Shown: positions 19,080-29,186, counted from the first letter of the stretch. The stretch is DNA of 64,000 nucleotides from Candidatus Moraniibacteriota bacterium (GCA_052034975.1 JBPOIA010000010.1:12957-76956), one strand, 5' to 3'. The notes: generated by a model from the letters alone, not told the origin. Program-made: numbers and translations.

Positions 19080-20132
19080 ATGAAGGATATCGCAATCCCG
19101 GAATTTTTGGGAGCGATCGGCGGCGAGCCGAGGATAGATTTTCATAAGAAAGTCGTGGCAGGCAAGTGCCGTCTGATCGGTAATCCAAACAAATCGATGC
19201 GCATCCTGCATAAGCAGTTCGAGTGGCACATCAAAAACGCCATACGAAGCATCGACCAAGATGCGAATTATGGCGTCCGGCGGCTGCCTTCGGCGACCGG
19301 ATGTACTCCCTTGTCCAATCCGATGAAGAATGCGCTCCGTCATATGAAGGGAAAATTCTTCTACGTGACGGATCTCAAAGACGCGTATCCGAGCGTCGAT
19401 CTCGAACGACTAGCGCTTCTCCTCACGTTTCTGTTCCATTACAAGGAGTATGCGATCGAAGGGGAGGTCTCGTTCAAGTTCTTCATATGCTCGGATGGGC
19501 ACGATCGGATCCGTCGGGATCCGCTGTACGGACAGTTGCTCACGCTGCTTCGGTGTCATTTTTCCGGACTGCACGGGAAGGGGCTTGCGATCGGCGGACC
19601 GCTTTCGCCGTATCTTATGAACCTCTACTGCGAGGTCTATCTCGATTCGCAACTCAGGATGTGGTGCTGGAAGCACGATATCACGTACACCCGTTATGTC
19701 GATGACCTCGTGTTTTCGTCGGAAAAGGTGTTCATCAATGAGGATTGGCGTAGGAAAATACGGGAGTTCATTGGCGCGGCCGGATTTCGTCCGAATCATC
19801 GCAAGTCGAAGGTACTCGTTCTTGAGCGCGGCGCGGTCTTCATCACCAAGGTGGGATTAGAGTTCCGTCCGGAGCGTGTGACAGCCAGGTTGGTATTCCC
19901 GCAGAGGAAGCGTCGCCGACTCCGCAATGCGATTATGGACTATCTGACGTGGCAGACCGATTGGCCGGAGAAGGTGAGTGGACTCGTGGCGGAGTTCCTC
20001 TACTATTACAAGGATGTCGGAGAACGGAAGACGGTTTCCGATAAAAAGACGTTCGCGCTCTGCGTCGATTTCGAGAAGGAATGGGCCAAGTATCGGCAGG
20101 GTCCCCGTCTAGGATCGAGGAAGAGTGGATGA
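19080..20132 (+). CDS. Retron-clade reverse transcriptase (atypical motifs)
   Basis: KCRLIGNP, NALRH (NAxxH region X), DLKDAYPS, GLAIGGPLSPYLMN, YTRYVDDLVFS, GFRPNHRKSKV, FITKVGL (VTG-like region Y); GGGAG SD 7 nt before ATG 19080 (alternative GTG 19074). Confidence 0.9.
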   Translation: MKDIAIPEFLGAIGGEPRIDFHKKVVAGKCRLIGNPNKSMRILHKQFEWHIKNAIRSIDQDANYGVRRLPSATGCTPLSNPMKNALRHMKGKFFYVTDLKDAYPSVDLERLALLLTFLFHYKEYAIEGEVSFKFFICSDGHDRIRRDPLYGQLLTLLRCHFSGLHGKGLAIGGPLSPYLMNLYCEVYLDSQLRMWCWKHDITYTRYVDDLVFSSEKVFINEDWRRKIREFIGAAGFRPNHRKSKVLVLERGAVFITKVGLEFRPERVTARLVFPQRKRRRLRNAIMDYLTWQTDWPEKVSGLVAEFLYYYKDVGERKTVSDKKTFALCVDFEKEWAKYRQGPRLGSRKSG

Positions 20133-20133
20133 C

Positions 20134-20176
20134 AAGGTGTCAGGCATAAACCATATGCTTGGCACCTTTTTTCTTT
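20134..20176 (+). terminator. Intrinsic terminator closing the RT unit
   Basis: AAGGTGTCAGGCATA-AACCA-TATGCTTGGCACCTT 15-bp stem (G-U on + strand) followed by TTTTCTTT. Confidence 0.8.
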
Positions 20177-20180
20177 AAAG

Positions 20181-20206
20181 AAAAACACCCCGAGACGGGG
20201 TGTTTT
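20181..20206 (-). terminator. Terminator for rpmA
   Basis: AAAACACCCC-GAGAC-GGGGTGTTTT hairpin. Confidence 0.7.
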
Positions 20207-20224
20207 GGTGGAATCTTCGCAAAT

Positions 20225-20506
20225 TTATTCTTGCGGGATGACGTGGACGAACGTGCGGGTGACGAGCTTGCCGGTGAAGTCCTTGACTTTCTTGGTCTGG
20301 AATTCCACGGCACCCGATGCGAGCGCGAAGAGCGTATCGTCCGCACCGCTTCTCACGTTTTTTCCGGGATGGAATTTCGTTCCGCGCTGACGGATAACAA
20401 CATTTCCGATTTCTGCCTTTTGGCCGCCGAACACTTTGACTCCGAGACGTTTTGAGATGGAATCGCGGCCGAGCGAGGTTGACCCGCCTGCTTTTCTGGT
20501 TGCCAT
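20225..20506 (-). CDS. rpmA: 50S ribosomal protein L27
   Basis: [41 protein letters not shown]. Confidence 0.98.
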   Translation of the reverse strand: MATRKAGGSTSLGRDSISKRLGVKVFGGQKAEIGNVVIRQRGTKFHPGKNVRSGADDTLFALASGAVEFQTKKVKDFTGKLVTRTFVHVIPQE

Positions 20507-20581
20507 AACCGTGCAATACTTAGAGACTTACGTATGTTTTGCTATACTGGATGAGTATATCCGTTTCTTCTCGATTTGTCA

Positions 20582-20983
20582 ATGTTTTGGAAACTGCCGC
20601 CGTTTGACGGCTTGAAAAGATGGTATCAGCAAGAAAAAGGGCGTATAGGGCTTTTTTTCGGCATTTTTTTGGCTCTTTGCATAGCGTTTCAGGCGGGACG
20701 TTTACAGGGAGGAATCCCTCAATCGGAGCCGCTTATCATCGCATTGCCACCAGTACCGGAAACATCGGTTCAATCGGTCGCCGAAGTGAAGGGCGAACAG
20801 ATCGTTTTACGGAACCAAAATGTCACGCCGGAAAAATGTGCGTTTGTTGGAAGCAGAAACAGCGATAAGTATCATCTGCCGCATTGTGCTTCGGCCAAAC
20901 GTATCAAACCAGAAAATCTGGTATGTTTCGTTTCCAAAGAAGATGCGGAAAAACGCGGATATGTTGCCGGATGTTTGAAATGA
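20582..20983 (+). CDS. Membrane-anchored protein with C-terminal Ada-type metal-binding domain
   Basis: TM helix then FVGSRNSDKYHLPHCASAKRIKPENLVCFVSKEDAEKRGY. Confidence 0.7.
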   Translation: MFWKLPPFDGLKRWYQQEKGRIGLFFGIFLALCIAFQAGRLQGGIPQSEPLIIALPPVPETSVQSVAEVKGEQIVLRNQNVTPEKCAFVGSRNSDKYHLPHCASAKRIKPENLVCFVSKEDAEKRGYVAGCLK

Positions 20984-20989
20984 TATACA

Positions 20990-22183
20990 ATGAACAGTAT
21001 GAAACACAAAGATAACTTTGATTACAAGAAATCCCGTCTTATCAGCGGGATATCGTTCTTGCTTGGATTTTTTGGGGCGTTTCTTCTCTATATTCTTTCC
21101 GCCTACTTTTCGAAGGTATCCGGAAGCGACAACGTTGGCGTGTTCTATTTCGCGGCGTATGCTGGGACGCTGCTTTCGCTTTTTTTCATCCGGCCACTGA
21201 TTCAGTATGTCGGAAAAATGCGGTTTCTGTATCTTTCGCTCATACTGACTATCTTTTGTCTTACGCTTCTGACACATCTGTCGCCGTCGTGGCTGCCGGT
21301 GCTTCTTCTCCTCATAATGCTTACGTTCGACAGCGTGACGTGGGTAACGCTCGATATCATCCTTGAAGGATTCTCGTCCGACGGGATGTCTGGACGGATC
21401 CGCGGATTGCATCTGACGATTATGAACGCAGGACTTCTCCTTGCCCCGTATTTTTCGACGTGGACGCTCGATCGTTTCGGATATGAGGGCGTGTTTTTCG
21501 TTATGTTGGTCGGCTATATCCTCATTTTTCTTGTCGCGCTCATCTTCTTGCGTCACGATAATGGGGTATTCCAGGAATCGCTCGATCCGGAACGGGCGTT
21601 CCGAAAAATGCTTCGTGAGAAAAATCTGTTCCGAATCTATCTCGTTTCCTTTTCGCTGGAATTCTTCTTCGGCCTGATGACGGTGTACACATCGCTCCGG
21701 TTGCTCGAAATCGGGATGTCGTGGAATGAAATCGGTATTATCTTCACGGCGATGCTTGTGCCGTTCGTTCTTCTCCAATATCCGTTCGGCCGGATCGCCG
21801 ACAAGCGAATGGGGGAAAAAGAGCTTCTGATCGGAAGTCTCATCTTGATCGCCTTTTCGACCGCGGCCCTGTATTTCCTCGATACGAAGAGTGTGCTTTT
21901 GTGGGGATCGGTCCTTTTTTTGACTCGTATTGGTGCCGCCGGAATTGAAATTCTCCGTGACTCGTATTTCTACAAACAGGTGGACAGCGACGATATGGAT
22001 ATCATCGCGTTTTTTCGTACGGCGCGGCCGGTTGCGGGGATGCTTGGGGCCATTCTTTCGATCGGCATCCTTCTTTTGTTCCCGCTGAAGAGCATTTTTT
22101 TAGTGGTAGCGGTCGCTTTTGTACCGGTCATTTTGACGACGTTTTTCCTTGATGATACGCGGGCGGAACAGGAACGAGCGTGA
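20990..22183 (+). CDS. MFS transporter
   Basis: About 12 TM segments; GRIADKRMG MFS motif A. Confidence 0.88.
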   Translation: MNSMKHKDNFDYKKSRLISGISFLLGFFGAFLLYILSAYFSKVSGSDNVGVFYFAAYAGTLLSLFFIRPLIQYVGKMRFLYLSLILTIFCLTLLTHLSPSWLPVLLLLIMLTFDSVTWVTLDIILEGFSSDGMSGRIRGLHLTIMNAGLLLAPYFSTWTLDRFGYEGVFFVMLVGYILIFLVALIFLRHDNGVFQESLDPERAFRKMLREKNLFRIYLVSFSLEFFFGLMTVYTSLRLLEIGMSWNEIGIIFTAMLVPFVLLQYPFGRIADKRMGEKELLIGSLILIAFSTAALYFLDTKSVLLWGSVLFLTRIGAAGIEILRDSYFYKQVDSDDMDIIAFFRTARPVAGMLGAILSIGILLLFPLKSIFLVVAVAFVPVILTTFFLDDTRAEQERA

Positions 22184-22258
22184 ATCCCGTTTCATTTGGA
22201 GAATGAGGCAAAAAATGGTATCCTGAGGGAGATGGGAATGAACCATCTCTCTTTCGTT

Positions 22259-22960
22259 ATGGCTTATCATATTCGGTTGGAACAATTCGAAGGTCCACTC
22301 GATCTTTTGTTGTCTCTGATCGAAAAAGAGAAGCTCGATATCACACAGGTCAGTCTTGCTAAGGTAGCTGATCAGTATCTCGAGCATATCAAAAACGAGA
22401 AGAATATCTCCCTCGAAAACCTCTCTTCATTCCTTGTCGTCGCGGCACGATTGATCCTCATCAAATCCCGGGCATTACTCCCGATTCTTGAGTGGAACGA
22501 CGACGAAGAAGAACAGATGGAGGATTTGGAAATGAAGCTTCGCTTCTACAAGCGTTTTCGCGAAGCAGCCGACCAGCTTGGAAAGCGATTCGCTACGGCA
22601 CGATCAGCCTTCGCGCGCGAAAGTTTTCTGGGAACGTCGGCGGTGTTTTATCCACCGAAGGATTTTTCTGCCGCCGATCTCCGTTCGCATTTTCTCGATG
22701 TGCTTGGAGAGATCCCTGTTTTCGAGGAATTGCCGGAGAAAGAGATGGAAGCCGTTGTGACGCTCGAAGAGAAGATCGCAACCTTGCAGAACGTCCTTGC
22801 GGTTCGGGCGGAATCATCGTTTCTTGAACTGGCCGGAAGTGCCAAGGATCGCGTGGAGGTCATCGTTTCGTTCCTTGCGGTTTTGGAACTGGTGAAACAA
22901 CGATTCATTTTCGTAGAGCAAGAACGATTTTTTAGTGATATACGTATCCGGCGGGTCTGA
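22259..22960 (+). CDS. scpA: Segregation/condensation protein A
   Basis: FEGPLDLLLSLIEK, FLVVAARLILIKSRALLP, FLAVLELVK. Confidence 0.95.
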   Translation: MAYHIRLEQFEGPLDLLLSLIEKEKLDITQVSLAKVADQYLEHIKNEKNISLENLSSFLVVAARLILIKSRALLPILEWNDDEEEQMEDLEMKLRFYKRFREAADQLGKRFATARSAFARESFLGTSAVFYPPKDFSAADLRSHFLDVLGEIPVFEELPEKEMEAVVTLEEKIATLQNVLAVRAESSFLELAGSAKDRVEVIVSFLAVLELVKQRFIFVEQERFFSDIRIRRV

Positions 22961-22966
22961 ACGAGT

Positions 22967-23578
22967 ATGGCAAAGAACATCGAACAACTCCTTTCGGCGA
23001 TAGAGGCGCTGCTTTTCATAAGTGGGGAGCCGCTTTCGTTTTCTCGTCTGGCAAAAACACTCGAAATATCGGAAGGCGAGACATGGACGGCTGTCGAAGA
23101 ACTGGCGACACGCTATGCGGCGAATCCCGATCGGGGATTGGTCATTCTTCGAAACGGCGATGAGGCGCGGCTGGCGACGAAACCGCAAAATGCAGCATTC
23201 GTCGAGGCGCTAACGAAAAGCGCTCTCCAAGAACATCTGAGCAAGGCGGGGCTCGAAGTGCTCTCGATCGTTGCGTACCGCTCACCGGTGACACGAGCCG
23301 AAATCGATGCGATTCGCGGAGTGAATTGCAGCTTTACGCTTCGCAATTTGCTTCTGCGCGGTCTCATCGAGCGTAAAGGTAATCCCGGGGATGCGCGCGG
23401 ATACGTGTATCGGCCAGCCTTCCGTTTCCTAGAAACGCTCGGCCTGAGCGATGTGCGGGAACTGCCGGATTTCGAGATGCTTTCGCAGGACGAGCGCCTG
23501 ACGATGCTTCTCAATGAAGAGCCGGCGGATGAGGGATATTCGGAGAATAAAGCAGATACGACAAAAACGTATGCGTAA
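22967..23578 (+). CDS. scpB: Segregation/condensation protein B
   Basis: IEALLFISGEPL, LSKAGLEVLSIVAYRSPVTRAEIDAIRGVN. Confidence 0.95.
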   Translation: MAKNIEQLLSAIEALLFISGEPLSFSRLAKTLEISEGETWTAVEELATRYAANPDRGLVILRNGDEARLATKPQNAAFVEALTKSALQEHLSKAGLEVLSIVAYRSPVTRAEIDAIRGVNCSFTLRNLLLRGLIERKGNPGDARGYVYRPAFRFLETLGLSDVRELPDFEMLSQDERLTMLLNEEPADEGYSENKADTTKTYA

Positions 23579-24599
23579 ACCGATAGTTTTTATCATCGCA
23601 GTCGGCATTGCGTGTTACGCCGTCATCGGCCAGGATACGCGCTTTGCGGCGCGCGGCGAAAATATCCTGCCATTTTTCGGTAGCGAAACGGATCGTTTTT
23701 CCAGTCAGGATACCAGTAGTGTCGATTCGAAGCCGCTTCCGCTCGTGACGGAAAGCCGTGGACTAGCGACCGGATTCCAGCCGGTTATTAAGCCGTATGC
23801 TCCCAGATTGGCCGTTCCGACCGCTCATGCATCTATCGTGATGGATGTCGATTCGGGTGAAATTCTTCATTCGGAAAACGCCGATGAACGACGGCAGATT
23901 GCGTCGCTCACGAAACTATTTACGGCGACGATCGTCGTGGAGCGTATCAGTGATTTGAATGAACCGGTGACGATCGATGAGGAAGCCGTGTACGCCGAAG
24001 GAACGCGTATCGGTTGTCCCCGATCGGGATTTTGCAACGGCGAGCGACTGAAGATCGGCGAACAGGTGCGGGTCAGTGATCTTTTGAAGGCGGCGCTGAT
24101 GAACAGTTCGAATGATGCGGCTATCGCGCTTGGCAAGCACATCGGCGGAACACAGGAGGGTTTCGCGCGGATAATGAATGCCCGAGCGGCGGAACTTTGG
24201 CTCGTCAACTCGCATTTTTGCACGCCGTCGGGACTCGAGCCGGACGGACGAGAAAGCGAGTGTTACTCATCGGCTTTTGATGTGGCCAAGATTACCGCGC
24301 ACGCGCTCAAGTACGATATTTTGTGGGATATGATGCGGTTCGACAAGACATTCATCACGTCGGTTGACGGGAAATACACACACGAGATTTTTAATACCGA
24401 CGAATTGCTCGGACAGCTGCCGAATTTGGTCGGTACGAAGACTGGATTCACGCCGCGGGCGGGATATTCGCTCCTTGCTGTCGCCGAGAACCAGAATCTC
24501 CGGAATCGGATCGTTGCCGTAGTGCTCGATGACCCGTATCGTTGGCAGAGCGTCCGATCGATGTTTGATTGGGGATTTGAGGCGTTTGATTGGCAATAA
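23571..24599 (+). CDS. D-alanyl-D-alanine carboxypeptidase (peptidase S11)
   Basis: IASLTK (SxxK), SSND (SxN), KTGFT. Confidence 0.92.
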   Translation: MRKPIVFIIAVGIACYAVIGQDTRFAARGENILPFFGSETDRFSSQDTSSVDSKPLPLVTESRGLATGFQPVIKPYAPRLAVPTAHASIVMDVDSGEILHSENADERRQIASLTKLFTATIVVERISDLNEPVTIDEEAVYAEGTRIGCPRSGFCNGERLKIGEQVRVSDLLKAALMNSSNDAAIALGKHIGGTQEGFARIMNARAAELWLVNSHFCTPSGLEPDGRESECYSSAFDVAKITAHALKYDILWDMMRFDKTFITSVDGKYTHEIFNTDELLGQLPNLVGTKTGFTPRAGYSLLAVAENQNLRNRIVAVVLDDPYRWQSVRSMFDWGFEAFDWQ

Positions 24600-24619
24600 T
24601 TTTTTACGGCCGTTGTTGT

Positions 24620-25726
24620 ATGGATATACAAGTTGCACAGATACAGAGCATCCCGATGGTTATGAACGTGTTTAAGGTGTTGGCGACAGGACTCCTTGCG
24701 TTTCTCCTTGCGTTTCTCCTGACACCTCTTTGGACGCATTTGCTTTACAAATACAGATTCGGCATCAAGATCAAGAAAACCGACGTGAACGGAGAACAAC
24801 TTACGTTCGTGAGCCGTCTACACGCCGGAAAATCCGGAACGCCGACGATGGGAGGCGTAATCGTGTGGGTCTCGGTATTGCTTTTGGTGCTCCTTTCGCA
24901 TTTCGTGTTTCCGTTCGTTGCCGAATGGACGAACACGAATTTCGTCGCACGCCTGGATTTCTTCAAGCGTTCGCAGGTATGGCTGCCGCTTTTCGTTCTG
25001 GTGACCGCCGGTGTGCTCGGACTGTTCGACGATTATATGAGCGTGCGCGGCTGCGGAACGAACAAAGGCGGCGGGATGCGGTTCGCATTTCGTTTCTGGT
25101 GGCTCTTCCTGATTGCCGGTGTCGGCGCATGGTGGTTCTATCAGAAATTGGGCTGGGATCAGATCCATATCCCAGCGGTCGGTGATTTCTCGATCGGGTG
25201 GTGGTACATCCCGCTTTTCATCTTCGTTATTTTGTTTGCAGCGATCTCTTCAAACGAAACCGACGGTCTTGATGGTTTAAACGGCGGCGTACTTTTGGTT
25301 GCGTTTTGTTCATTCGCACTCATCGCGTTTATGCAGAACAAGATGGATCTCGCGGCGTTCTGTGCGGCAATTTCCGGTGCGCTTCTTGCGTTTTTGTGGT
25401 TCAATATCTATCCAGCACGTTTCTTTATGGGCGATACGGGAGCGATTTCGCTCGGCACGACGCTTGGCGTGGTGGCGATGCTTACGAATTCGGTGCTGGC
25501 ACTTTTCGTCATCGTGTTTATCTATGCGCTCGAATCAGGAAGTGCGGCGATACAGCTTCTTTCTAAGCGATTTTTTGGACGGAAAGTGCTTTTGGCAGCG
25601 CCACTCCATCATCACTTCGAGGCCAAAGGCTGGCCGGAACCGAAAATCGTGATGCGCGCCTGGATCTTTACGGGAATCACGGCGCTTATCGGTGTGATGA
25701 TCGGTATTCTCGGGATGGGAAAATAA
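24620..25726 (+). CDS. mraY: Phospho-N-acetylmuramoyl-pentapeptide transferase
   Basis: KSGTPTMGG, GLFDD, NETDGLDGL, PARFFMGDTG, APLHHHFE. Confidence 0.96.
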   Translation: MDIQVAQIQSIPMVMNVFKVLATGLLAFLLAFLLTPLWTHLLYKYRFGIKIKKTDVNGEQLTFVSRLHAGKSGTPTMGGVIVWVSVLLLVLLSHFVFPFVAEWTNTNFVARLDFFKRSQVWLPLFVLVTAGVLGLFDDYMSVRGCGTNKGGGMRFAFRFWWLFLIAGVGAWWFYQKLGWDQIHIPAVGDFSIGWWYIPLFIFVILFAAISSNETDGLDGLNGGVLLVAFCSFALIAFMQNKMDLAAFCAAISGALLAFLWFNIYPARFFMGDTGAISLGTTLGVVAMLTNSVLALFVIVFIYALESGSAAIQLLSKRFFGRKVLLAAPLHHHFEAKGWPEPKIVMRAWIFTGITALIGVMIGILGMGK

Positions 25727-25749
25727 AAAAATTAACGCATCGAACAGAT

Positions 25750-26799
25750 ATGGCATTCAGAACGATCGAAAACGTGGATTTTTCAGGGAAAAAAGTGCTG
25801 GTCCGGATGGATTTCAACGTCGAATTGAACGACATCAACGAAATTCAAGAGCATTTTAAATTGGAAGTCGGCAGAAAGACTATCGATCGCATTTTCGGAT
25901 TTTCCGAAGTGAAGGTGGCGATCCTGTCTCATTTTGGTCGTCCAAATGGAAAGCCCGATCCGAAGCACTCGATCGGACAAATCGTCCGATTCGTGGAAGC
26001 GGCGCTCGGCCGCAAGGTCGTCTTCGTGCCGGATTGTATCGGTGAGACAGTGAAAGCCGCGCTCGCAGGAATAAAGGACGGAGAGGTGCTCCTGCTGGAA
26101 AACGTCCGTTTTTATCCCGGCGAAGAGACGAATGACGAAGCGTTCGCCCAAAAGCTTGCCGAACCGTTCGATATCTACGTGAACGAAGCTTTCAGTGTTT
26201 CCCATCGGGCGCATGCATCCATCGTCGGTGTTCCGAAATTTTTGCCAGCGTACGCCGGGCTGCGATTGGAACGAGAGAAGGAAGAGCTCGATGACGCGAG
26301 GCTTTCTCCGGCCCGACCGGCCATCGCGGTGATTGGTGGCGCGAAGATCGAAACGAAACTTCCACTCATTCGGGCATTTGAGGAGAATTATGACTGTATC
26401 TTAGTCGGTGGGAAGATCGCCAATGAAGCGATCGATCAGAAGACAGAGTTCTCTTCGAAGGTGCTTCTGCCACAAGATTTCGATTCTTCATCTCGGCTCG
26501 ATATCGGACCGAATACCATCGCGTATTTCACCCAAATCATCAAGACCGGCAAGACGATCGTTTGGAATGGTCCGATGGGAAAATTCGAGGAAAAACCGTA
26601 TGATATCGGTACGAACGCTATTCTTCACGCCCTTTTGGAGAGTCAGGCATTTGTCGTAATCGGCGGAGGGGAATCGTTGGCTATTCTTGAAAAAGCGGAT
26701 GTGATGAGCAGGATCGGTTTCGTGTCATCGGGCGGCGGCGCGATGCTCGAATATATGAGCGGCAAGGAGCTTCCGGGATTGAAAGCTCTAGAAATATGA
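25750..26799 (+). CDS. pgk: Phosphoglycerate kinase (compact)
   Basis: VRMDFNV, SHFGRP, LLENVRF, GGAKIETK, WNGPMGKFE, SSGGGAMLE. Confidence 0.95.
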   Translation: MAFRTIENVDFSGKKVLVRMDFNVELNDINEIQEHFKLEVGRKTIDRIFGFSEVKVAILSHFGRPNGKPDPKHSIGQIVRFVEAALGRKVVFVPDCIGETVKAALAGIKDGEVLLLENVRFYPGEETNDEAFAQKLAEPFDIYVNEAFSVSHRAHASIVGVPKFLPAYAGLRLEREKEELDDARLSPARPAIAVIGGAKIETKLPLIRAFEENYDCILVGGKIANEAIDQKTEFSSKVLLPQDFDSSSRLDIGPNTIAYFTQIIKTGKTIVWNGPMGKFEEKPYDIGTNAILHALLESQAFVVIGGGESLAILEKADVMSRIGFVSSGGGAMLEYMSGKELPGLKALEI

Positions 26800-26835
26800 G
26801 GAAATTTTTTTGGTAATCCAGTAATTTTTTCAGTT

Positions 26836-28107
26836 ATGGCAAATATCGTCTCCGTTTTCGGCAGAGAAATCCTTGATTCCCGCGGGAATCCGACCGTGGA
26901 AGTGCACGTGAAGCTTGACGATGGAACCGAAGCACTCTCCGGCGTGCCATCCGGCGCGTCGACCGGCGCGTTCGAAGCGGTAGAACTCCGCGACAATGAT
27001 CCCAACCGATACGGAGGACTGGGCGTCACGAACGCTGTCGGAAATATCAATGGTGAACTGGCAGCCGCCGTCATCGGTATGGACGCCGCCGATCAGGAAG
27101 CGCTCGACAAAAAAATGATCGCGCTCGACGGAACGGAAAACAAGGGCCGTCTCGGTGCGAACGCCATTTTGGGCATCTCGTTGGCCGCTTGCCGAGCGGC
27201 GGCAAAATCCGCCGGCAAACCGCTTTTCGAACACATCGCTTCGCTTTACGGGAAGAAAAGAAAATCTTCCGGATTTCCGGTACCAATGTTCAATATCGTA
27301 AACGGCGGTAAGCACAGCGATTCCGGATTATCTGTGCAGGAATTCAAAATCATTCCCTTCGGTATCGAGACATATTCGGAACAGTTGCGTGCCGGAAGCG
27401 AGATATTCCATTCGTTGAAGAAAATCCTTGAAAAGGAAGGATTCTCTGTTGGTGTGGGTGATGAGGGAGGATTCGCGCCGCGGCTTGAGAGTCATACACA
27501 GGCGCTTTTGCTCATCGGTCAGGCCATCACGGAAGCGGGATACCGTTTGGGTGAACAGATCTTCATCGGTCTCGATGTCGCGGCCAATTCTTTTTATGAA
27601 GCAGCTGAAGATCAGTATGCGCTCAAACCCGAGGGTGTGTCGCTTTCTCGCGAAAGTCTGGTGAATGTGTACCGTGAGTGGATTCAAAAGTATTCCGTCG
27701 TGTCCATCGAAGACGGTTTGCACGAGGAGGATTGGCAGGGATGGGCGCAAATGAAGGAAAAGCTGGAAAAAGAAACGGCCGTATGGAAAGAGCGATTGAT
27801 GCTCATCGGCGATGACTTATTGGTAACCAACGTGAAGCGTCTCAAACAGGCGATTGATACGGATTCCTGTAATGCTGTTCTCATAAAGCTCAACCAGATC
27901 GGTACCGTGACCGAGACGATCGACTGTATGAAACTCGCTGAAAAACACGATATGAATCGCATCATCTCACATCGTTCCGGTGAGACGGTCGACGATTTTA
28001 TCGCCGATTTTGCCGTTGGAACCGGCGCGGAATTCATCAAGACCGGTTCACTCTCGCGCGGTGAGCGCATCGCCAAATACAATCGTCTCCAAGAGATCTT
28101 CGAGTAA
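26836..28107 (+). CDS. eno: Enolase
   Basis: REILDSRGNPTVEV, VGDEGGFAP, IKLNQIGT, SHRSGET. Confidence 0.98.
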   Translation: MANIVSVFGREILDSRGNPTVEVHVKLDDGTEALSGVPSGASTGAFEAVELRDNDPNRYGGLGVTNAVGNINGELAAAVIGMDAADQEALDKKMIALDGTENKGRLGANAILGISLAACRAAAKSAGKPLFEHIASLYGKKRKSSGFPVPMFNIVNGGKHSDSGLSVQEFKIIPFGIETYSEQLRAGSEIFHSLKKILEKEGFSVGVGDEGGFAPRLESHTQALLLIGQAITEAGYRLGEQIFIGLDVAANSFYEAAEDQYALKPEGVSLSRESLVNVYREWIQKYSVVSIEDGLHEEDWQGWAQMKEKLEKETAVWKERLMLIGDDLLVTNVKRLKQAIDTDSCNAVLIKLNQIGTVTETIDCMKLAEKHDMNRIISHRSGETVDDFIADFAVGTGAEFIKTGSLSRGERIAKYNRLQEIFE

Positions 28108-28157
28108 AAAAAGGCCGCTTAGTCGTCGACGCGTCTTTGGGAAAACAAAAAACAACT

Positions 28158-29186
28158 ATGCTGTTTCGAAGAAAACCATACGAAGTAATCTGTGTCGGAT
28201 CGATTTCGAAGGATGTCTTCTTTCCGACGGATGAAGGTATCGTCATCGAGACGCCGGAGGACACGGTCGCCCAGGTGAAAGTCGCTTTCGAGCTTGGGGG
28301 AAAGTACCGCGTTCGGGACCGATACGAGGCGGTCGGTGGCGTGGCAGCGAATGTCTCATGCGGATTGGCACGACTCGGTATCGATGTCGCGTGTTATAGC
28401 AATCGCGGGAATGATGAGATCGGCCGCTTCGTTTCCGATGTTCTCAGACAAGAAGGTGTCGCCACACGGTATCTTTCTGTCGAGAATGCGGCTAAAACCG
28501 ATCTTTCTGCCATCATCGTGTTGATGCAGAATGCCGAACGGACGATTTTCCACAATCGGGATGCCAATGAAAAGCTTGCTATCCGGGAAACGGATATACG
28601 GAATACAGAATGGCTCTTTGTGAGTGCCTTGAACGGTCCGTGGGAAGAAAATCTGAAAACACTGCTCGATATCAGGGAGCGATATGACTTGAAACTCGCG
28701 CTCAATCCCGGACAGCATAATATCCGCGAGAATCCCGGACTTCTGATGCGTGCGCTCCGATCAGTCGATATTCTCCTCCTCAACAAGGACGAAGCGGTCG
28801 AGCTTTCGATGCAGTCACCAGAGCGCCCGTCACGCGAACAGCTTGATGACGAACTGTTCCTTTTGGAATTCTTGCGAAGAGCCGGCGCAAAGATGATCGG
28901 GATGACGGATGGCAAACGTGGTGCCTGGGGATATGACGGACGGGAATACTGGTTCTGTCCGATCCATACGCGAGGCGCCGTCGTAGACAGCACCGGCTGC
29001 GGAGACGCTTTCGGATCAGGTTTTTTTTCCGCCATCCTTGAAGGGAAAACGATCGATGTCGCGCTCAGATATGGTATGGCACAAAGCGGCAGCGTCATCG
29101 GATTTTATGGTGCCATCGAAGGCTTGCTCCGGAAAGAGGAAATGGAAGAACATATAGAGCAGATCATTCCGCGTCGCCTCAGATAA
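28158..29186 (+). CDS. PfkB-family carbohydrate kinase
   Basis: GGVAANVSCGLARLG, NKDEA, VDSTGCGDAFGSGF. Confidence 0.9.
   Translation: MLFRRKPYEVICVGSISKDVFFPTDEGIVIETPEDTVAQVKVAFELGGKYRVRDRYEAVGGVAANVSCGLARLGIDVACYSNRGNDEIGRFVSDVLRQEGVATRYLSVENAAKTDLSAIIVLMQNAERTIFHNRDANEKLAIRETDIRNTEWLFVSALNGPWEENLKTLLDIRERYDLKLALNPGQHNIRENPGLLMRALRSVDILLLNKDEAVELSMQSPERPSREQLDDELFLLEFLRRAGAKMIGMTDGKRGAWGYDGREYWFCPIHTRGAVVDSTGCGDAFGSGFFSAILEGKTIDVALRYGMAQSGSVIGFYGAIEGLLRKEEMEEHIEQIIPRRLR

Noticed and set aside
19080-20132. RT as DGR, group II intron or CRISPR-associated RT
   Set aside because: No TR/VR pair, avd gene, intron domain V/maturase or cas1/array was seen; NAxxH and SP (not SQ) point to the retron clade. 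A by-eye search could miss a distant VR.
24692-24720. Short direct repeat CTCCTTGCGTTT x2 in mraY
   Set aside because: In-frame repeat encoding LLAF-LLAF in a TM helix; not an array.
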